From a virus (Duplodnaviria; Caudoviricetes), in the IMG/VR virus record IMGVR_UViG_3300031628_000018, positions 1-33,189 of that record: DNA of 33,189 nt. One strand, 5' to 3'. Below, one piece after another: positions 1 through 10,387 of the stretch. The notes beneath the pieces were generated by a model. That model did no database searches and was not told where the DNA came from. It worked only from the letters and a program-made list of their open reading frames with translations. Numbering within the stretch: the first letter of the stretch is position 1; each line of letters opens with the position of its first letter. Made by a program: the position numbers and the translations under genes.

Positions 1-104
1 ATAACGAACCCAGTAATAAGAGAGTTAGGTACCTTATCATCCTCCAGGGACCTTACCACTGTGGTTCCTACTTTCGTTTTTCTTTTTGTACTAAAAAGAC
101 CCAC
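1..104 (-). CDS. N-terminus of N4 gp53-like virion structural protein (partial, runs off window)
   Basis: Not in ORF track. GGAG SD then GTG at 104, reading MGLFSTKRKTKVGTTVVRSLEDDKVPNSLITGFV. The MGLFS start and the position after the gp54-like gene fit N4-like synteny. Confidence 0.7.
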   Translation of the reverse strand, partial: MGLFSTKRKTKVGTTVVRSLEDDKVPNSLITGFV

Positions 105-121
105 TATACTTCTCCAAAGAG

Positions 122-153
122 AAAAAAGGGGAGCAGATAGCTCCCCTTTTTTT
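122..153. terminator. Intrinsic terminator, potentially bidirectional
   Basis: AAAAAAGGGGAGC-AGATA-GCTCCCCTTTTTTT is a perfect stem with A and T tracts on both sides, just past the stop of 175..804. Confidence 0.85.
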
Positions 154-174
154 GTTAGCTATTAATACAGCTAA

Positions 175-804
175 TTATATCCCAACTCCAGTTAATAACT
201 TATCTACTACGCTACCAACAGATGCATCATCTAGCTTATTAGTAGAGTTAGCAGCAGTTGCTTCATCTGTCATTCGACGAGCACTCCAGGTTTCTACTAG
301 AATCTTAGCAGCCTTTTGCTCAGCATCTCGGGTAAATCCAGCAGTTTGTGCTGTATACAGTCCTTTTTGTACACCTACTAAACTAGTAGCATCTACACCA
401 GCTGCTATCGTCTGTGCTTTTTCAGTTAGCACTTTTTGTAGGAGGAGTGCAGTTTCCTGCTGTACTTTCAGTTTAGTGAGTACTAATACATCAAATTCAG
501 CATTAAGTTTACACTTCGTAGACTCTAGGACCTCATGTTCTTTAGCAGCATTAAGTATTTGTTGTGCTACTAGATCTGCGTCCAAACTTGCCTTATCTTT
601 CGTTAGCAAGAATTGAATCGAGGCACTTAAAACTGCCTGAAGTGAACCTAAGTATACAGTAGCATACTCAGCCCCTTTAATACGATTCTTAGCAAACTCA
701 GCATCCAAGTGTGCTTTATTTGCGCGTATTAAAGTATCGAATACTCCTGTACCGTCAAGTGCTGTGGTAGTTAAAGCGGCTGTACTAACAGGTGTAATTG
801 GCAT
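175..804 (-). CDS. N4 gp54-like virion structural protein
   Basis: 209 aa with DGTGVFDTL and RIKGAEYATVYLG motifs and a helical body. Synteny downstream of the MCP. Confidence 0.7.
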   Translation of the reverse strand: MPITPVSTAALTTTALDGTGVFDTLIRANKAHLDAEFAKNRIKGAEYATVYLGSLQAVLSASIQFLLTKDKASLDADLVAQQILNAAKEHEVLESTKCKLNAEFDVLVLTKLKVQQETALLLQKVLTEKAQTIAAGVDATSLVGVQKGLYTAQTAGFTRDAEQKAAKILVETWSARRMTDEATAANSTNKLDDASVGSVVDKLLTGVGI

Positions 805-814
805 TGTTTATCCT

Positions 815-1378
815 CTATCTATCAATAGATTTAGAAGCAGCTTGTCGAGCTGCTAGTTTAGAAATATCTAATTCGGTTAGTGCAGGTAAGTCCTGAATAG
901 CAAATTCTTTAATTAGTTTACCAGAACGTCCTTTATTTCCACGAGAGTCCGTAGTTACAGAGAATACTTGACACATACGGTCATCCATCGCTTGTACAAC
1001 AATACTAGGTAGATGCCAACCGTCTTCGGCATTAAAAGGTACATAATGTGTAACGGTACCTACTACAGAGTTTCCAACTGTGAATAATTCACCATTCCAT
1101 TCTTTCTTAGCAGGATTCATGCAAGTAATTTGCACACGCTTCAATGCATGAGCCTCTTTTCTTAGGCGAATACGTATTGCATTTTCGCTTTCAGGCTTTG
1201 ACTCTTCAATAGAAGTGGCTTCTTCATTAGACGCTGCTTCTAACACAGCATTAACCTTATCACGGAGTTTAGTTAACCCGATTGAAGGATGGTACGTAAT
1301 GCCCATTAAATCAGCCCGCTTTTTGAGGTTGGCCTTTTCGTCTTGACCAGTTACTTCATTAGTTTCGGTATTTGACAT
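815..1378 (-). CDS. N4 gp55-like conserved protein
   Basis: LKKRADLMGITYHPSIG and RVQITCMNPAKKEWNGELFTVGN motifs. Lies immediately downstream of the MCP as in N4-like phages. Confidence 0.75.
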   Translation of the reverse strand: MSNTETNEVTGQDEKANLKKRADLMGITYHPSIGLTKLRDKVNAVLEAASNEEATSIEESKPESENAIRIRLRKEAHALKRVQITCMNPAKKEWNGELFTVGNSVVGTVTHYVPFNAEDGWHLPSIVVQAMDDRMCQVFSVTTDSRGNKGRSGKLIKEFAIQDLPALTELDISKLAARQAASKSIDR

Positions 1379-1407
1379 AGTGTCTTTTAAAATCCCAAGT
1401 TAGTGTT

Positions 1408-1442
1408 AAAAAAAAGAGGGATGAGCATAAACCCACCCCTCT
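1408..1442 (-). terminator. Intrinsic terminator after major capsid gene
   Basis: Minus strand reads AGAGGGGTGGGT-TTAT-GCTCATCCCTCT followed by a T run. The G-U pairs favour the minus-strand RNA. Confidence 0.8.
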
Positions 1443-1452
1443 AAGACTTACT

Positions 1453-2874
1453 TTACATCGTTGCTGAAGTTAAAATCAAGCCAATACGTTCTGAACGCAA
1501 GGTCATGAATCCATAATACCACTTAATGGACATGAACCCAGTTTCACCGTAAGGATCGGTTTTATCCGCTGTTGCTTCACCCGGTGCTTTATGGAAGATC
1601 CGGAATTTCACGGTTTTGCCATCGGTTTGGAAACCAATAGTTGTGAAAGCCTCATCACCCACTACCAAGATAGGGAACACATCGAAACGTCCTGCTGTTT
1701 CATAATGTGTTGCACTACCAGAAGCATCTGCACCAGCGCCAGACCATTTTTGCATTTCAGGTACCACTACAATACGTAGGGCATCTATTGAACCAACTTC
1801 ACCAACAAGTACGTTGGCAGCATCAGCATATCTATTTGCTGGTACAAAAGCTGGGCTAGAATGGAAATCTGACATTGCTTTCAATGTTGGTAGTAGTTCA
1901 GACCCAACATACGCAACGCGTCCACCGGAAATGGTGCGAGTATCAACCATACGTGATCCAGCAATAACTTTGGTGGATTTAGGAGTACGGTTGTTATCCA
2001 GATCAATAGCTAGCAACATTAGATCTTTAAAGACTACTACAGAACTAGCAGCAATAGTTTGTCTAGATGTAGCAGATCCGCTATAACGAATTACACCAGC
2101 AGCGTTTAACAAATCAACCTGTAGTGCAGCTTCGGTTAATTCATTAGCACCTTTAACCATTTCATCATTGATATGTTGTGCTAGATCAGCATCAGTATCA
2201 AAGTTCATTGATTCTTCAGTGTATTCATCAAAGAAACCGAATTTCTCAAACGTACCTTCTAGTTCTACACGTTTGAAACCTACCCGGTTAACACGACCAC
2301 CGTTTTCAGATACTGCTGGCAATTTACCAGAAATAACACCAATATCTTTAGATGAACCGTATAAGTTACCAGAACCTTGCTGTTTCACACCACCAATGTT
2401 GAGATCTACTACAGCGGTAGCTTTAGTATCATCAGCATATTTAAGTGTTAGTGAGCCAGTAATGGTAAGAGTAGCTAGCCCAGAGCCGCCAGAACCATCA
2501 GCACCTGCAACACAAGGAGTGCCGGTAAGGTTGTTAATAGCGGTAGCAGCAGCTGCTTTCGTAGCATTTGTTACAGCCATAACAGCTCTAGGTAGTGTTA
2601 CGTAAAAAGCTGTGCCTGCAATGGTTACACCTGCAGCATCAATGCCTTGATCATTTAGATTAGCATCATCTAATAGAGGCAAATAATGGTACCGCTTTAT
2701 TTTTTGTCCCATGTTTTTAGGCATGGATGTAACGTCAGCTAGTTGACCAAAAAAGGCTTCCTTAGCTGCTGTAACTAGTGCTTTCTTTTGATAGTAAGCA
2801 CTGTTGATTTGTGGACCGATATCCGAGGCTGTACCTGAAGCCGTGGTTGACGGTGCATTATAGTCGCGTGTCAT
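1453..2874 (-). CDS. Major capsid protein, N4 gp56 family, with ~80-aa insertion
   Basis: Hallmark motifs YLPLLDD.N.NDQGIDA.G, GNLYGSSKDIG, ENGGRVNRVGF and DPYGETGFMSIKWYYG. Confidence 0.95.
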   Translation of the reverse strand: MTRDYNAPSTTASGTASDIGPQINSAYYQKKALVTAAKEAFFGQLADVTSMPKNMGQKIKRYHYLPLLDDANLNDQGIDAAGVTIAGTAFYVTLPRAVMAVTNATKAAAATAINNLTGTPCVAGADGSGGSGLATLTITGSLTLKYADDTKATAVVDLNIGGVKQQGSGNLYGSSKDIGVISGKLPAVSENGGRVNRVGFKRVELEGTFEKFGFFDEYTEESMNFDTDADLAQHINDEMVKGANELTEAALQVDLLNAAGVIRYSGSATSRQTIAASSVVVFKDLMLLAIDLDNNRTPKSTKVIAGSRMVDTRTISGGRVAYVGSELLPTLKAMSDFHSSPAFVPANRYADAANVLVGEVGSIDALRIVVVPEMQKWSGAGADASGSATHYETAGRFDVFPILVVGDEAFTTIGFQTDGKTVKFRIFHKAPGEATADKTDPYGETGFMSIKWYYGFMTLRSERIGLILTSATM

Positions 2875-2895
2875 AATATTTCCTTATAATAAATT

Positions 2896-4050
2896 TTATG
2901 CATAACGGGATGCAGCAAGTTTGCTGAATTCCTCGTCTGACATAGATAATGGATTAAAATCCTTTGCAGGTGCCGTTGGGGCTGCAGCTGGTGTACTACC
3001 AGCAGCTCTGCGCTTGTCCTTTAATGCTGGATCATTAACTTTTTTCGTTTTTGGAGTAACTACTATAGGCGCTTCTTCTTTGGATCTCTCCTGGGGTACA
3101 CCCAGATGGTCAAATCCTCCATTAGCTTGTATAGCATCTCCAACTTTACGGTAAGCTTCAATGTCCGAAACACCGTTCAGGTGACCAAGCATACGTCCAC
3201 GTTCTACTTCAGTATTGATTTGATCATAAATACCACTAGCCATGTGGTCATTAATCACTTTAAGCAACTGAGGTTGTCCCGCTACTGTTCGCTTGCTAGC
3301 ACTGTCCCATTCCTTACTGATTACATCAAGAGTTCTATTATATGTTGGTGTACCTTGGATATCATCCAATACAGAGTCCAACTCTAACTCACGATCATCA
3401 ACCGAATGGGTTTTCGGTGCGTATTCACCTGCCTTTTCTGCGTCTAGTTCCATAGGATCTAGCCCGCTGTCTTTTACCAGTTTATTAATTGCTTCAGGAT
3501 TCTTTTTATCCAAGTCAATCAAAAAACTTAATTTTTCTTCACTTAGAAGACCGTTATTCTCTAACAGCTTCAAAATCTTTAGGCTAGGTTTCAAACCAGC
3601 CATCTTTTTGTTGTAATTAGCACCCATTTGCATCAGTGAGATAGCATCATCCACTGTATCCACCGTAACATCCCTCCCATTAGCTTTAAAGGGTTGTAGT
3701 AGGCGCTTGTATTCGGCTTCATAGTTTATGCTCTTAGAATCGGTCTCAGGAGCCTCTTTTTCCTCTATATCTTTTTCAACAGGCTTTTCTGCCGCTTCTA
3801 CTGGTTCAGGTATCTTATCAGCTACTTCTTCGGGCTCTTCGGCTTCGCCGGAGCCCTCAGCAGGTTCTTCAACTTTTTCGTCAGCAGCAGCAACTTCTAC
3901 AACAGCTTCTTCTGCAACTACATCTTCAACTGCTACTTCCTCAGGAGCAACTACTTCCTCCTGTGGAGGTGGCGACGCTAGAAATTCTTCATCTGTCATT
4001 TGAAGAGGGGAAATTACTTCTTCAACCTTTTCTTCTTTAGTATCAGCCAT
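2896..4050 (-). CDS. N4 gp57-like protein (acidic N-terminus, probable scaffold; often annotated as tape measure)
   Basis: E/A/V/P-rich N-terminus, PFKANG and LMQMGANY..KM motifs, NPLSMSDEEF C-terminus. Directly upstream of the MCP. Confidence 0.8.
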   Translation of the reverse strand: MADTKEEKVEEVISPLQMTDEEFLASPPPQEEVVAPEEVAVEDVVAEEAVVEVAAADEKVEEPAEGSGEAEEPEEVADKIPEPVEAAEKPVEKDIEEKEAPETDSKSINYEAEYKRLLQPFKANGRDVTVDTVDDAISLMQMGANYNKKMAGLKPSLKILKLLENNGLLSEEKLSFLIDLDKKNPEAINKLVKDSGLDPMELDAEKAGEYAPKTHSVDDRELELDSVLDDIQGTPTYNRTLDVISKEWDSASKRTVAGQPQLLKVINDHMASGIYDQINTEVERGRMLGHLNGVSDIEAYRKVGDAIQANGGFDHLGVPQERSKEEAPIVVTPKTKKVNDPALKDKRRAAGSTPAAAPTAPAKDFNPLSMSDEEFSKLAASRYA

Positions 4051-4433
4051 TATTCATTCCCCTGTTCAGTATAAAGTTCAGCCAAACTAGCTGCATCATC
4101 TTCTAAGGTTTTACTAGCCATAGTTGCTTTAGCAAGTAGAGTATTTAGATAATTACTAAAACAACCAATTGCGTCAATTTGTAATATGAGAGCACGTTGG
4201 TCATCTACTGATTGCATACTTGGGGCAGATTTAAGATGAACTAAGCGGATTGCTTCTTCTTCAAAGTATCCTTTTAAAACCATACTCTTAAAGTCTCTAT
4301 TTGACTTAAGTCGGGCAAGTGAGGTAACAACATCAGCAACACTTTTTGCACTAGCTATACTACGCTCAGTTGCTTCGATTCTCTCACTTCTTTCCAATCT
4401 CTCGATTGCATCATACGATTCATTTATTGTCAT
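4050..4433 (-). CDS. N4 gp58-like protein
   Basis: RL.SNRDFK...LKGYFEEEAIRLV motif. Lies between portal and gp57-like gene, with a TAATG overlap to the latter. Confidence 0.75.
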   Translation of the reverse strand: MTINESYDAIERLERSERIEATERSIASAKSVADVVTSLARLKSNRDFKSMVLKGYFEEEAIRLVHLKSAPSMQSVDDQRALILQIDAIGCFSNYLNTLLAKATMASKTLEDDAASLAELYTEQGNE

Positions 4434-4498
4434 TTATCTACCATTGTTTTAAAAAAAGTTAATAGATTGTCCGTAACTACCGTAACTATATACCAGTT

Positions 4499-6700
4499 TT
4501 ATCCTCTATTAGTCAAATATTGTTGTAATAAGTTTGTATCTTGTTTTGCTTCTTCTTTTTCTAATCCAAGCTCATGGTCAAGTAATTTTAACTTTTCCTG
4601 TGCTTTTGCTTGTGCACCATGACGTTCTAAGTCACGTTCTTGTGTAACACCCAATTCCTGTTCTACATAGTTAAGGTTACGTTGGTCAGTATCTGCTGAA
4701 AGATTAGCGCCTTTAACAGACTCAGTATTGGTCTTAGCTTGTGCTAGCCCAGCATCTACCATGATCTTTTGTGTTTTAGCTTGCATTTCAGCAATCTCAG
4801 CTTCTAATTTAGCAACTTCTAGCTGTTGTACTTTTTGAGCAACAGGATCAGGCTCAGGTTTATATGTTGTAATACGTTGTGCTAAATCAGGCATCTTACG
4901 TAATTTAGCAATATCCCCTAAGATCATCTTAGTCATTTCTGGGTCCATAGTGGGTCCAGTAGTCTGAAGCATAAAGGCTAGCTGTTCAGCTTTATTATTA
5001 TCTTCTTCTGCAGTGGATATAGATAATGTTAAGTCGAATTTACCGGCAAGGTCATCTCTACGAATAGTCACAAATTCTTTATTAGTGACTCGGACAACCT
5101 CTTCATCTGATAGGAACTCTGCATTCATACTAATAAGCTTACGACCTATCTTTACTATACCGCTGGAAAGTCTGCGAAGTATTCCAAGCTCCCGTTTAGA
5201 AGCTGCATCCAAAGCTCCACGTATGCCTGCGGCTACGTCACCTAATACAGCACCTGAAACACCTTGGGACCAAGATTTTACACCGGTCATAGATTCAGCT
5301 TCCATACTTTGTAGCTGCAACATAAATTGTGCAGATGCTGGGATCTCTGGATAAGTATGCATAAACACGCCTTGGCGTGGATCTACATTAGCATTAAACT
5401 CATAGTCTCTACCTTGATCAAACTTACGTCGATTAGTTGTATCCAACATATCTTTACGTATCCCGGTCTGCCCATTCGCAGATTTACCCATGATATCTAT
5501 CATCCCACGAGTTACTGCGCCAATAACCTTTTGATTATCTTCTAGCAATGAACCATCTGGTTCACCGTAGTTACTTTTACGTACAGGTAGGTAATGTTCA
5601 ATAACAAATGGTAATGCCCCATCTGGAAAAGGGACCTCTTCCATACGAATCATCACATCACCAACCCATTCAGCTACAAATGCTGTGACAAGACCACTAC
5701 CATCTACATCTCGTTTACCCCAATACTGATGTACTACAAATTTCTTACGTGCTTCATCAGTAAAGTTGAAGTTATCTTCGTCCTCTCTAGGAGTATGGTC
5801 TGGAGTTGATAAGATTGAATTATTATCAATACTAATCTTGTCTATATTCTGATATTTTTTACCATCCTTATTAAGTGCAGACTTACTTGTTTCATAAGTT
5901 TTTATGAGGAAGCCCGCTTTTTCGATATCCCCATTAGCAGTAGGATCGATCATTACATTACGAAAATCACATACTTCTAAGGTTGGTTTATTACTTAGGA
6001 TGCGAGTTTTCTCTTCCTTACGTACTTCACCAGTAAATATAGGCACAATCGGGCGACCTTCTTGCATTGTTAACTCATGCGCCTCTTTTAATTCCTCTGG
6101 TACATCGGTAGCATACTGACTAGGAGATTCTTGCATTAACTGATGTATATGCTCATGTAGTGGAGCTTGCGCCTCATCTACTTGAAACTCAATTACAGGT
6201 ACATCTTCTTCGTAGGTTTCCTCAGCGAATTCCCAACCAACTTGAACAATGACTGTGCCCTCATCTACTGCAGTGCGTATATACTCGTCAATAAATCTAG
6301 TTTTATCAATTTTAGTATTTAATTGGTAGTTTAATACTAGTTCATTCTGCTGAGCTGCATCACGATCTTCCCAGGTTACTGGTCGCACATTAAATACATC
6401 ATCAGTAGATAGGAAAGGTTCACTTAGAGAAGCATATCGCCATTCTGCTTGCTTACGTATAAGTTTTGGCTGTATTGCGGATTGCCCAGCTATTGTTTTT
6501 ATAGCCGCTGTGCCAGTAATATTTAGATTATCTAACCATACACCGATCTTATCTACTTGAGCATCATGGATTGTCTTAGCAATTAGTCGATCTGCTTTCA
6601 TTTCCTCAATAGTAGGTGGCGTAGTCCATCCTTCAGGAGCAGTAATACCAATAGATTTCTTAATGCCTGTCTCTACTGTCTTTTGATTTTTTTCAGCCAT
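4499..6700 (-). CDS. Portal protein, N4 gp59 family
   Basis: QPKLIRKQAEWRY.SLSEPFL and GAVTRGMIDIMGKSANGQ motifs, coiled-coil C-terminus. Start moved to the ATG at 6700 (TAATG overlap with the upstream gene). Confidence 0.93.
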   Translation of the reverse strand: MAEKNQKTVETGIKKSIGITAPEGWTTPPTIEEMKADRLIAKTIHDAQVDKIGVWLDNLNITGTAAIKTIAGQSAIQPKLIRKQAEWRYASLSEPFLSTDDVFNVRPVTWEDRDAAQQNELVLNYQLNTKIDKTRFIDEYIRTAVDEGTVIVQVGWEFAEETYEEDVPVIEFQVDEAQAPLHEHIHQLMQESPSQYATDVPEELKEAHELTMQEGRPIVPIFTGEVRKEEKTRILSNKPTLEVCDFRNVMIDPTANGDIEKAGFLIKTYETSKSALNKDGKKYQNIDKISIDNNSILSTPDHTPREDEDNFNFTDEARKKFVVHQYWGKRDVDGSGLVTAFVAEWVGDVMIRMEEVPFPDGALPFVIEHYLPVRKSNYGEPDGSLLEDNQKVIGAVTRGMIDIMGKSANGQTGIRKDMLDTTNRRKFDQGRDYEFNANVDPRQGVFMHTYPEIPASAQFMLQLQSMEAESMTGVKSWSQGVSGAVLGDVAAGIRGALDAASKRELGILRRLSSGIVKIGRKLISMNAEFLSDEEVVRVTNKEFVTIRRDDLAGKFDLTLSISTAEEDNNKAEQLAFMLQTTGPTMDPEMTKMILGDIAKLRKMPDLAQRITTYKPEPDPVAQKVQQLEVAKLEAEIAEMQAKTQKIMVDAGLAQAKTNTESVKGANLSADTDQRNLNYVEQELGVTQERDLERHGAQAKAQEKLKLLDHELGLEKEEAKQDTNLLQQYLTNRG

Positions 6701-7380
6701 TACTTCCAACCCCCATCCCTAAATCGCGCATTCTTAGTAGTATTCTCAACTTGCGGGTTTAGATTAGTTAATAATTGCGAAGCCATCTCGTATTTTTGCA
6801 TATAATTATTACTTGCTAGTCCCTCAAACTGCCCTGTTCCAGTATTAGCAAGCATTCTAGAAGCTACAAAGTATATTAAAGGTTCTATATACGTATATGG
6901 TATTTCCAACTCCAATTCATCAGGATCTAGGTCAGCATCCTTCTCCTGGAGTTTAGGGTGATTAGCACGATAGACTAAATCCAATGATGTAGCCTTCAGA
7001 GCGGTTGGTAAAGTAGTGCTATTATCAACTATAGCAATGGGAACCACCAAGACTTTGGGACTTGTAGTAAAACAACTATATATATCTATCTCATTATTAA
7101 GACTTAACTCTTCTTTTAGAGCAGAGTCAGTAAAAATACGTTCTATTCTATTAATATCCTCGCCTACAACTGTATAAGTATATGTTCCTGTTACTAAAGG
7201 GACATTGACTCGCCCTTCTTTTAATGGGAATCGTTTATATATTGCAGCTAGTGCCATATTGACATGTGGGATCACCCGTTCACGATTAGATACGCTGATA
7301 ACACCAGCTTCATTACCACCAATACTTAACTGGGAAAGTTCACCATAAGTAAGCTGGTCAAAGACTTCTTGTAATTTCAT
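6700..7380 (-). CDS. N4 gp67-like head-tail adaptor/virion protein
   Basis: MKLQEVFDQLTYGELSQL start, EPLIYFVASR, and RF..GGW end. Lies between TerL and portal. Confidence 0.75.
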   Translation of the reverse strand: MKLQEVFDQLTYGELSQLSIGGNEAGVISVSNRERVIPHVNMALAAIYKRFPLKEGRVNVPLVTGTYTYTVVGEDINRIERIFTDSALKEELSLNNEIDIYSCFTTSPKVLVVPIAIVDNSTTLPTALKATSLDLVYRANHPKLQEKDADLDPDELELEIPYTYIEPLIYFVASRMLANTGTGQFEGLASNNYMQKYEMASQLLTNLNPQVENTTKNARFRDGGWK

Positions 7381-7389
7381 AATTTTACC

Positions 7390-9003
7390 TTACACAATAT
7401 AAGAAGATATGCGATCAGTATCTTTAACATCAACGTCCACATGCCACATGTTGTCATCCTTACCAGAACTAACTATGGGAGCTTCCTCTGAAGGCTTCCA
7501 AGGCATAAGGGAGCTTAACATAGATATTGTATCTAGGAAGTCATCATTCTTGCTGCGCATACCCCCCACTGCAATTAAACTAAGTTCATTTATCGCTTCT
7601 ACCATTGGCGCTTCAGCTTTACGTTCTATAGGAAAAAATACTTTTCTTGCTTTAAACCAAGGGACTACAGTATTGAATCGTACAAGTTTATTTGTACTAG
7701 GTCGCATACCAGCTTTACCTTGATTACTTTCACTTGCTAGAGGGAAATAAATGTTCCGTTCTAGCATTTGTGATTGAATCCATTGAATGAAGCCTCCCTG
7801 TTGCCCACTTACCTCAATACCTACAGATTGGGGTTTGTATTCTTGGGCTAACCGGAATAAATCATCAATGTTCTTATCCATTAACTGGCGTTTACAGATA
7901 CCATCTACCCATAACCAATCGCCTACATTATTATACGCCCATACACTAATAACTGAGAAATCTGCCTTTTCCTTCTCTGAAGTGGCGAAATCAGTAGTAA
8001 TATAGAAGTTAAACCTACCCTTGTTCCGTAAGACAGCATCTATCTTGTACCATCCAATATCCCCATCCTGTATCATCCGGTCCTCTTCACTCATAATACG
8101 CAACATTAATTCTTGATTGAATGTATCAATCTTATTATTCTTCATTGCCGTATCATATTTCTTCTTAACGAAATCATAAGTGAATCGATCAGGCCAACTC
8201 CCCCTAAATTCTTCCTCAGTACAAGGAAATGATTCACATACCGGGAATACATTAACTGCCCAAGCACCAGACTCAACTGCCTTATACAGTGGGTCTTTGG
8301 CATTAAAGGGTGTGCCAGACCATATGATCATGTTCCTAGTAGGATGTAATGCATAAGTAACAGCCTTATAGACTGTATCTTCTACTGAAGCAATGACTGT
8401 TGCTGATCTAGCGTCTTCATCACTGATTAGATCATCTAGTACCGCCAACTGTGGGCGCATACCCATCTCTTTAGCACCACGAACACCTGTTTTTGCTCCG
8501 TATCCACGGACAATAAAAACATTACCATCGGCATTCTTAAATTCCCATCGGATATCTGTAAACCGCACAGTCGGTATATATTGTTTTAGGAAATCTGAAT
8601 TTTCCCAGCGGAACTCTAAGTTCTTCCGCATATTTTTTATACCATTCTCAATGGAATCTGATACGTATAAAGCTAGATCTACTTTACCAAAACCAGGCAA
8701 GGTCCCATAAACACCTAGGTATAAGAATAAATACTCACCCATCACTGTAGTTTTACTTATACCACGGTGACATAGATTAATAATCTGGGTACCCCCGTTG
8801 GTAATAGTATCCAACATTCTATAATGGACTACCGGGGTTTGGTGTTCTTCGCCGCGCTCGCCATTAACCAGTTTAATAAAGGTTACGAACTCTAATGCAA
8901 ATTCACTAGGCACATAGTCCTTATCGTCCTCATAACTAGTGCTATTAAGGTATTCCTCAACTTTCTTGGGTGAAAATATTTCTTTAGTCGCTGTTTGGCT
9001 CAT
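7390..9003 (-). CDS. terL: Terminase large subunit, N4 gp68 family
   Basis: HRGISKTT Walker A-like, LAVLDDL Walker B, SGTPFN coupling motif, and nuclease acidic motifs TTDFA and DDFLD. Confidence 0.95.
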   Translation of the reverse strand: MSQTATKEIFSPKKVEEYLNSTSYEDDKDYVPSEFALEFVTFIKLVNGERGEEHQTPVVHYRMLDTITNGGTQIINLCHRGISKTTVMGEYLFLYLGVYGTLPGFGKVDLALYVSDSIENGIKNMRKNLEFRWENSDFLKQYIPTVRFTDIRWEFKNADGNVFIVRGYGAKTGVRGAKEMGMRPQLAVLDDLISDEDARSATVIASVEDTVYKAVTYALHPTRNMIIWSGTPFNAKDPLYKAVESGAWAVNVFPVCESFPCTEEEFRGSWPDRFTYDFVKKKYDTAMKNNKIDTFNQELMLRIMSEEDRMIQDGDIGWYKIDAVLRNKGRFNFYITTDFATSEKEKADFSVISVWAYNNVGDWLWVDGICKRQLMDKNIDDLFRLAQEYKPQSVGIEVSGQQGGFIQWIQSQMLERNIYFPLASESNQGKAGMRPSTNKLVRFNTVVPWFKARKVFFPIERKAEAPMVEAINELSLIAVGGMRSKNDDFLDTISMLSSLMPWKPSEEAPIVSSGKDDNMWHVDVDVKDTDRISSYIV

Positions 9004-9956
9004 GCAATATTAGTTTCTAATCGTTTAGCTAACCTTTTTGACCTATTACCCACCTGACCCCACCATTTTGAATCTTTCATTTCTGTGATAGCTTTATTCA
9101 TATCACCAGCTTCAAAACCTTCTTTCATCTTCTTAAATTTAGATAATCCGCCCCTACCTAGATTAAACGCCATATTTACGAGAACTTCCCTGGATGTATC
9201 ATTTAAATTTACACCCTTGTAAAGTGTATCCACATCATTATTAGCTGTTTTAAAATCTGCTTTGAACCATTTATCCACTTGTTCCTGTGGAACAGCCATC
9301 CCCCCTTCGTATTTCCCTGATGCTAATTCTGCCTTAGTAAGTTTATGACCTATGCCTGCAGTTAAATACCCCTCAGTATCTGGGTAAACAACATGGTCCC
9401 CTTGCTTATTTCGTTTTGTTCCTTCATCCGTCTGTAGTTGTTGTACTGCAGGTGAGAATGTTTGTGGTTGCTGTGGATTCTCAACAAGATCTTGATTTTC
9501 ACTCATACTACGAGAAGCTGCAGTAGCAGCGTCTGGGCTATCATACATGCCTAAATGTTCACCTGTTTTTCTATAGTAATCTTTTGCTTCTTCCTCTCCC
9601 ATATCTTCTCCAGTTTCTGGATGAACCGTTGGTATCAGTGTTTCTACTCCATCTATATTGTACGATGTCCCTAAGATGGTTTTTTGTTGCCCATTTCCAG
9701 CATCAAATCGAGTTCTATTTGCTAGATTAATATTTCCTGGTGCTAGCTCTCCGTTTTCATATTCAGGTGTGTATTGTTGTAGGGTCTCTACCATATTACT
9801 ATTATAGTTTGGTACAACTGCTTGCTGTGCTTGGTAAGCATTTCCATAATCTATACTAGCCGGAGCTATTGGTTGTTCTGGGCCCTCATTGAAATATTGT
9901 TTAAAGCTATCCCAAGCATTACCAGCTGAGTTCCTAAGATCGTCGTAAAGTGCCAT
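9000..9956 (-). CDS. Multi-domain protein with C-terminal T4-lysozyme-like (GH24) muramidase
   Basis: DEG...YPDTEGYLTAGIGHKLT, LVNMAFNLG and SKWWGQVGNRSKRL parallel T4 lysozyme DEG..YKDTEGYYTIGIGHLLT, LINMVFQMG and SRWYNQTPNRAKRV. The N-terminal ~170 aa are Q/N/P-rich plus a GNINL..R...LIPTV...TGEHLG domain. Confidence 0.85.
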   Translation of the reverse strand: MALYDDLRNSAGNAWDSFKQYFNEGPEQPIAPASIDYGNAYQAQQAVVPNYNSNMVETLQQYTPEYENGELAPGNINLANRTRFDAGNGQQKTILGTSYNIDGVETLIPTVHPETGEDMGEEEAKDYYRKTGEHLGMYDSPDAATAASRSMSENQDLVENPQQPQTFSPAVQQLQTDEGTKRNKQGDHVVYPDTEGYLTAGIGHKLTKAELASGKYEGGMAVPQEQVDKWFKADFKTANNDVDTLYKGVNLNDTSREVLVNMAFNLGRGGLSKFKKMKEGFEAGDMNKAITEMKDSKWWGQVGNRSKRLAKRLETNIA

Positions 9957-10384
9957 TAGTTAGATATTCCTACATTAGTCACACTACTAAGGGCGGGATC
10001 GCCATAGTATTTTTGTAAAAGCGCATAAATCTTAGCTCTAGCGCTTTCTTCTGGTTGTTTCATCATAGGAGGTGCCTCTTGCGGTTGTAAATCTGTTACC
10101 TCACCTCCAGGACCATATGCACTCATTGAGCCCAGAAAATCAGGTTGTTTTACCTCTCCATGCTTTGCAAGTCGATCATAAACTGTATTCCCGTCTTCTC
10201 CTCGATTTCTACCACTTGCTAAGAACTGAGCCCAAGAATCCCCACCCGCCGCAGGCGCTTGAGATGTAGGAAAGGGTGTTGGTTGTGTTCTCACTACTGG
10301 GGTGGCAGAAGCGAAAGGGGCAGTGGCCCCTTGAGCTCTTGATTTTGGATATATATTATTAAATGTATTAACTGCATTATACAT
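9956..10384 (-). CDS. Hypothetical P/A/Q-rich protein
   Basis: 142-aa ORF coupled by a 1-nt overlap to the lysozyme gene. Low complexity. Confidence 0.6.
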   Translation of the reverse strand: MYNAVNTFNNIYPKSRAQGATAPFASATPVVRTQPTPFPTSQAPAAGGDSWAQFLASGRNRGEDGNTVYDRLAKHGEVKQPDFLGSMSAYGPGGEVTDLQPQEAPPMMKQPEESARAKIYALLQKYYGDPALSSVTNVGISN

Positions 10385-10387
10385 ATA

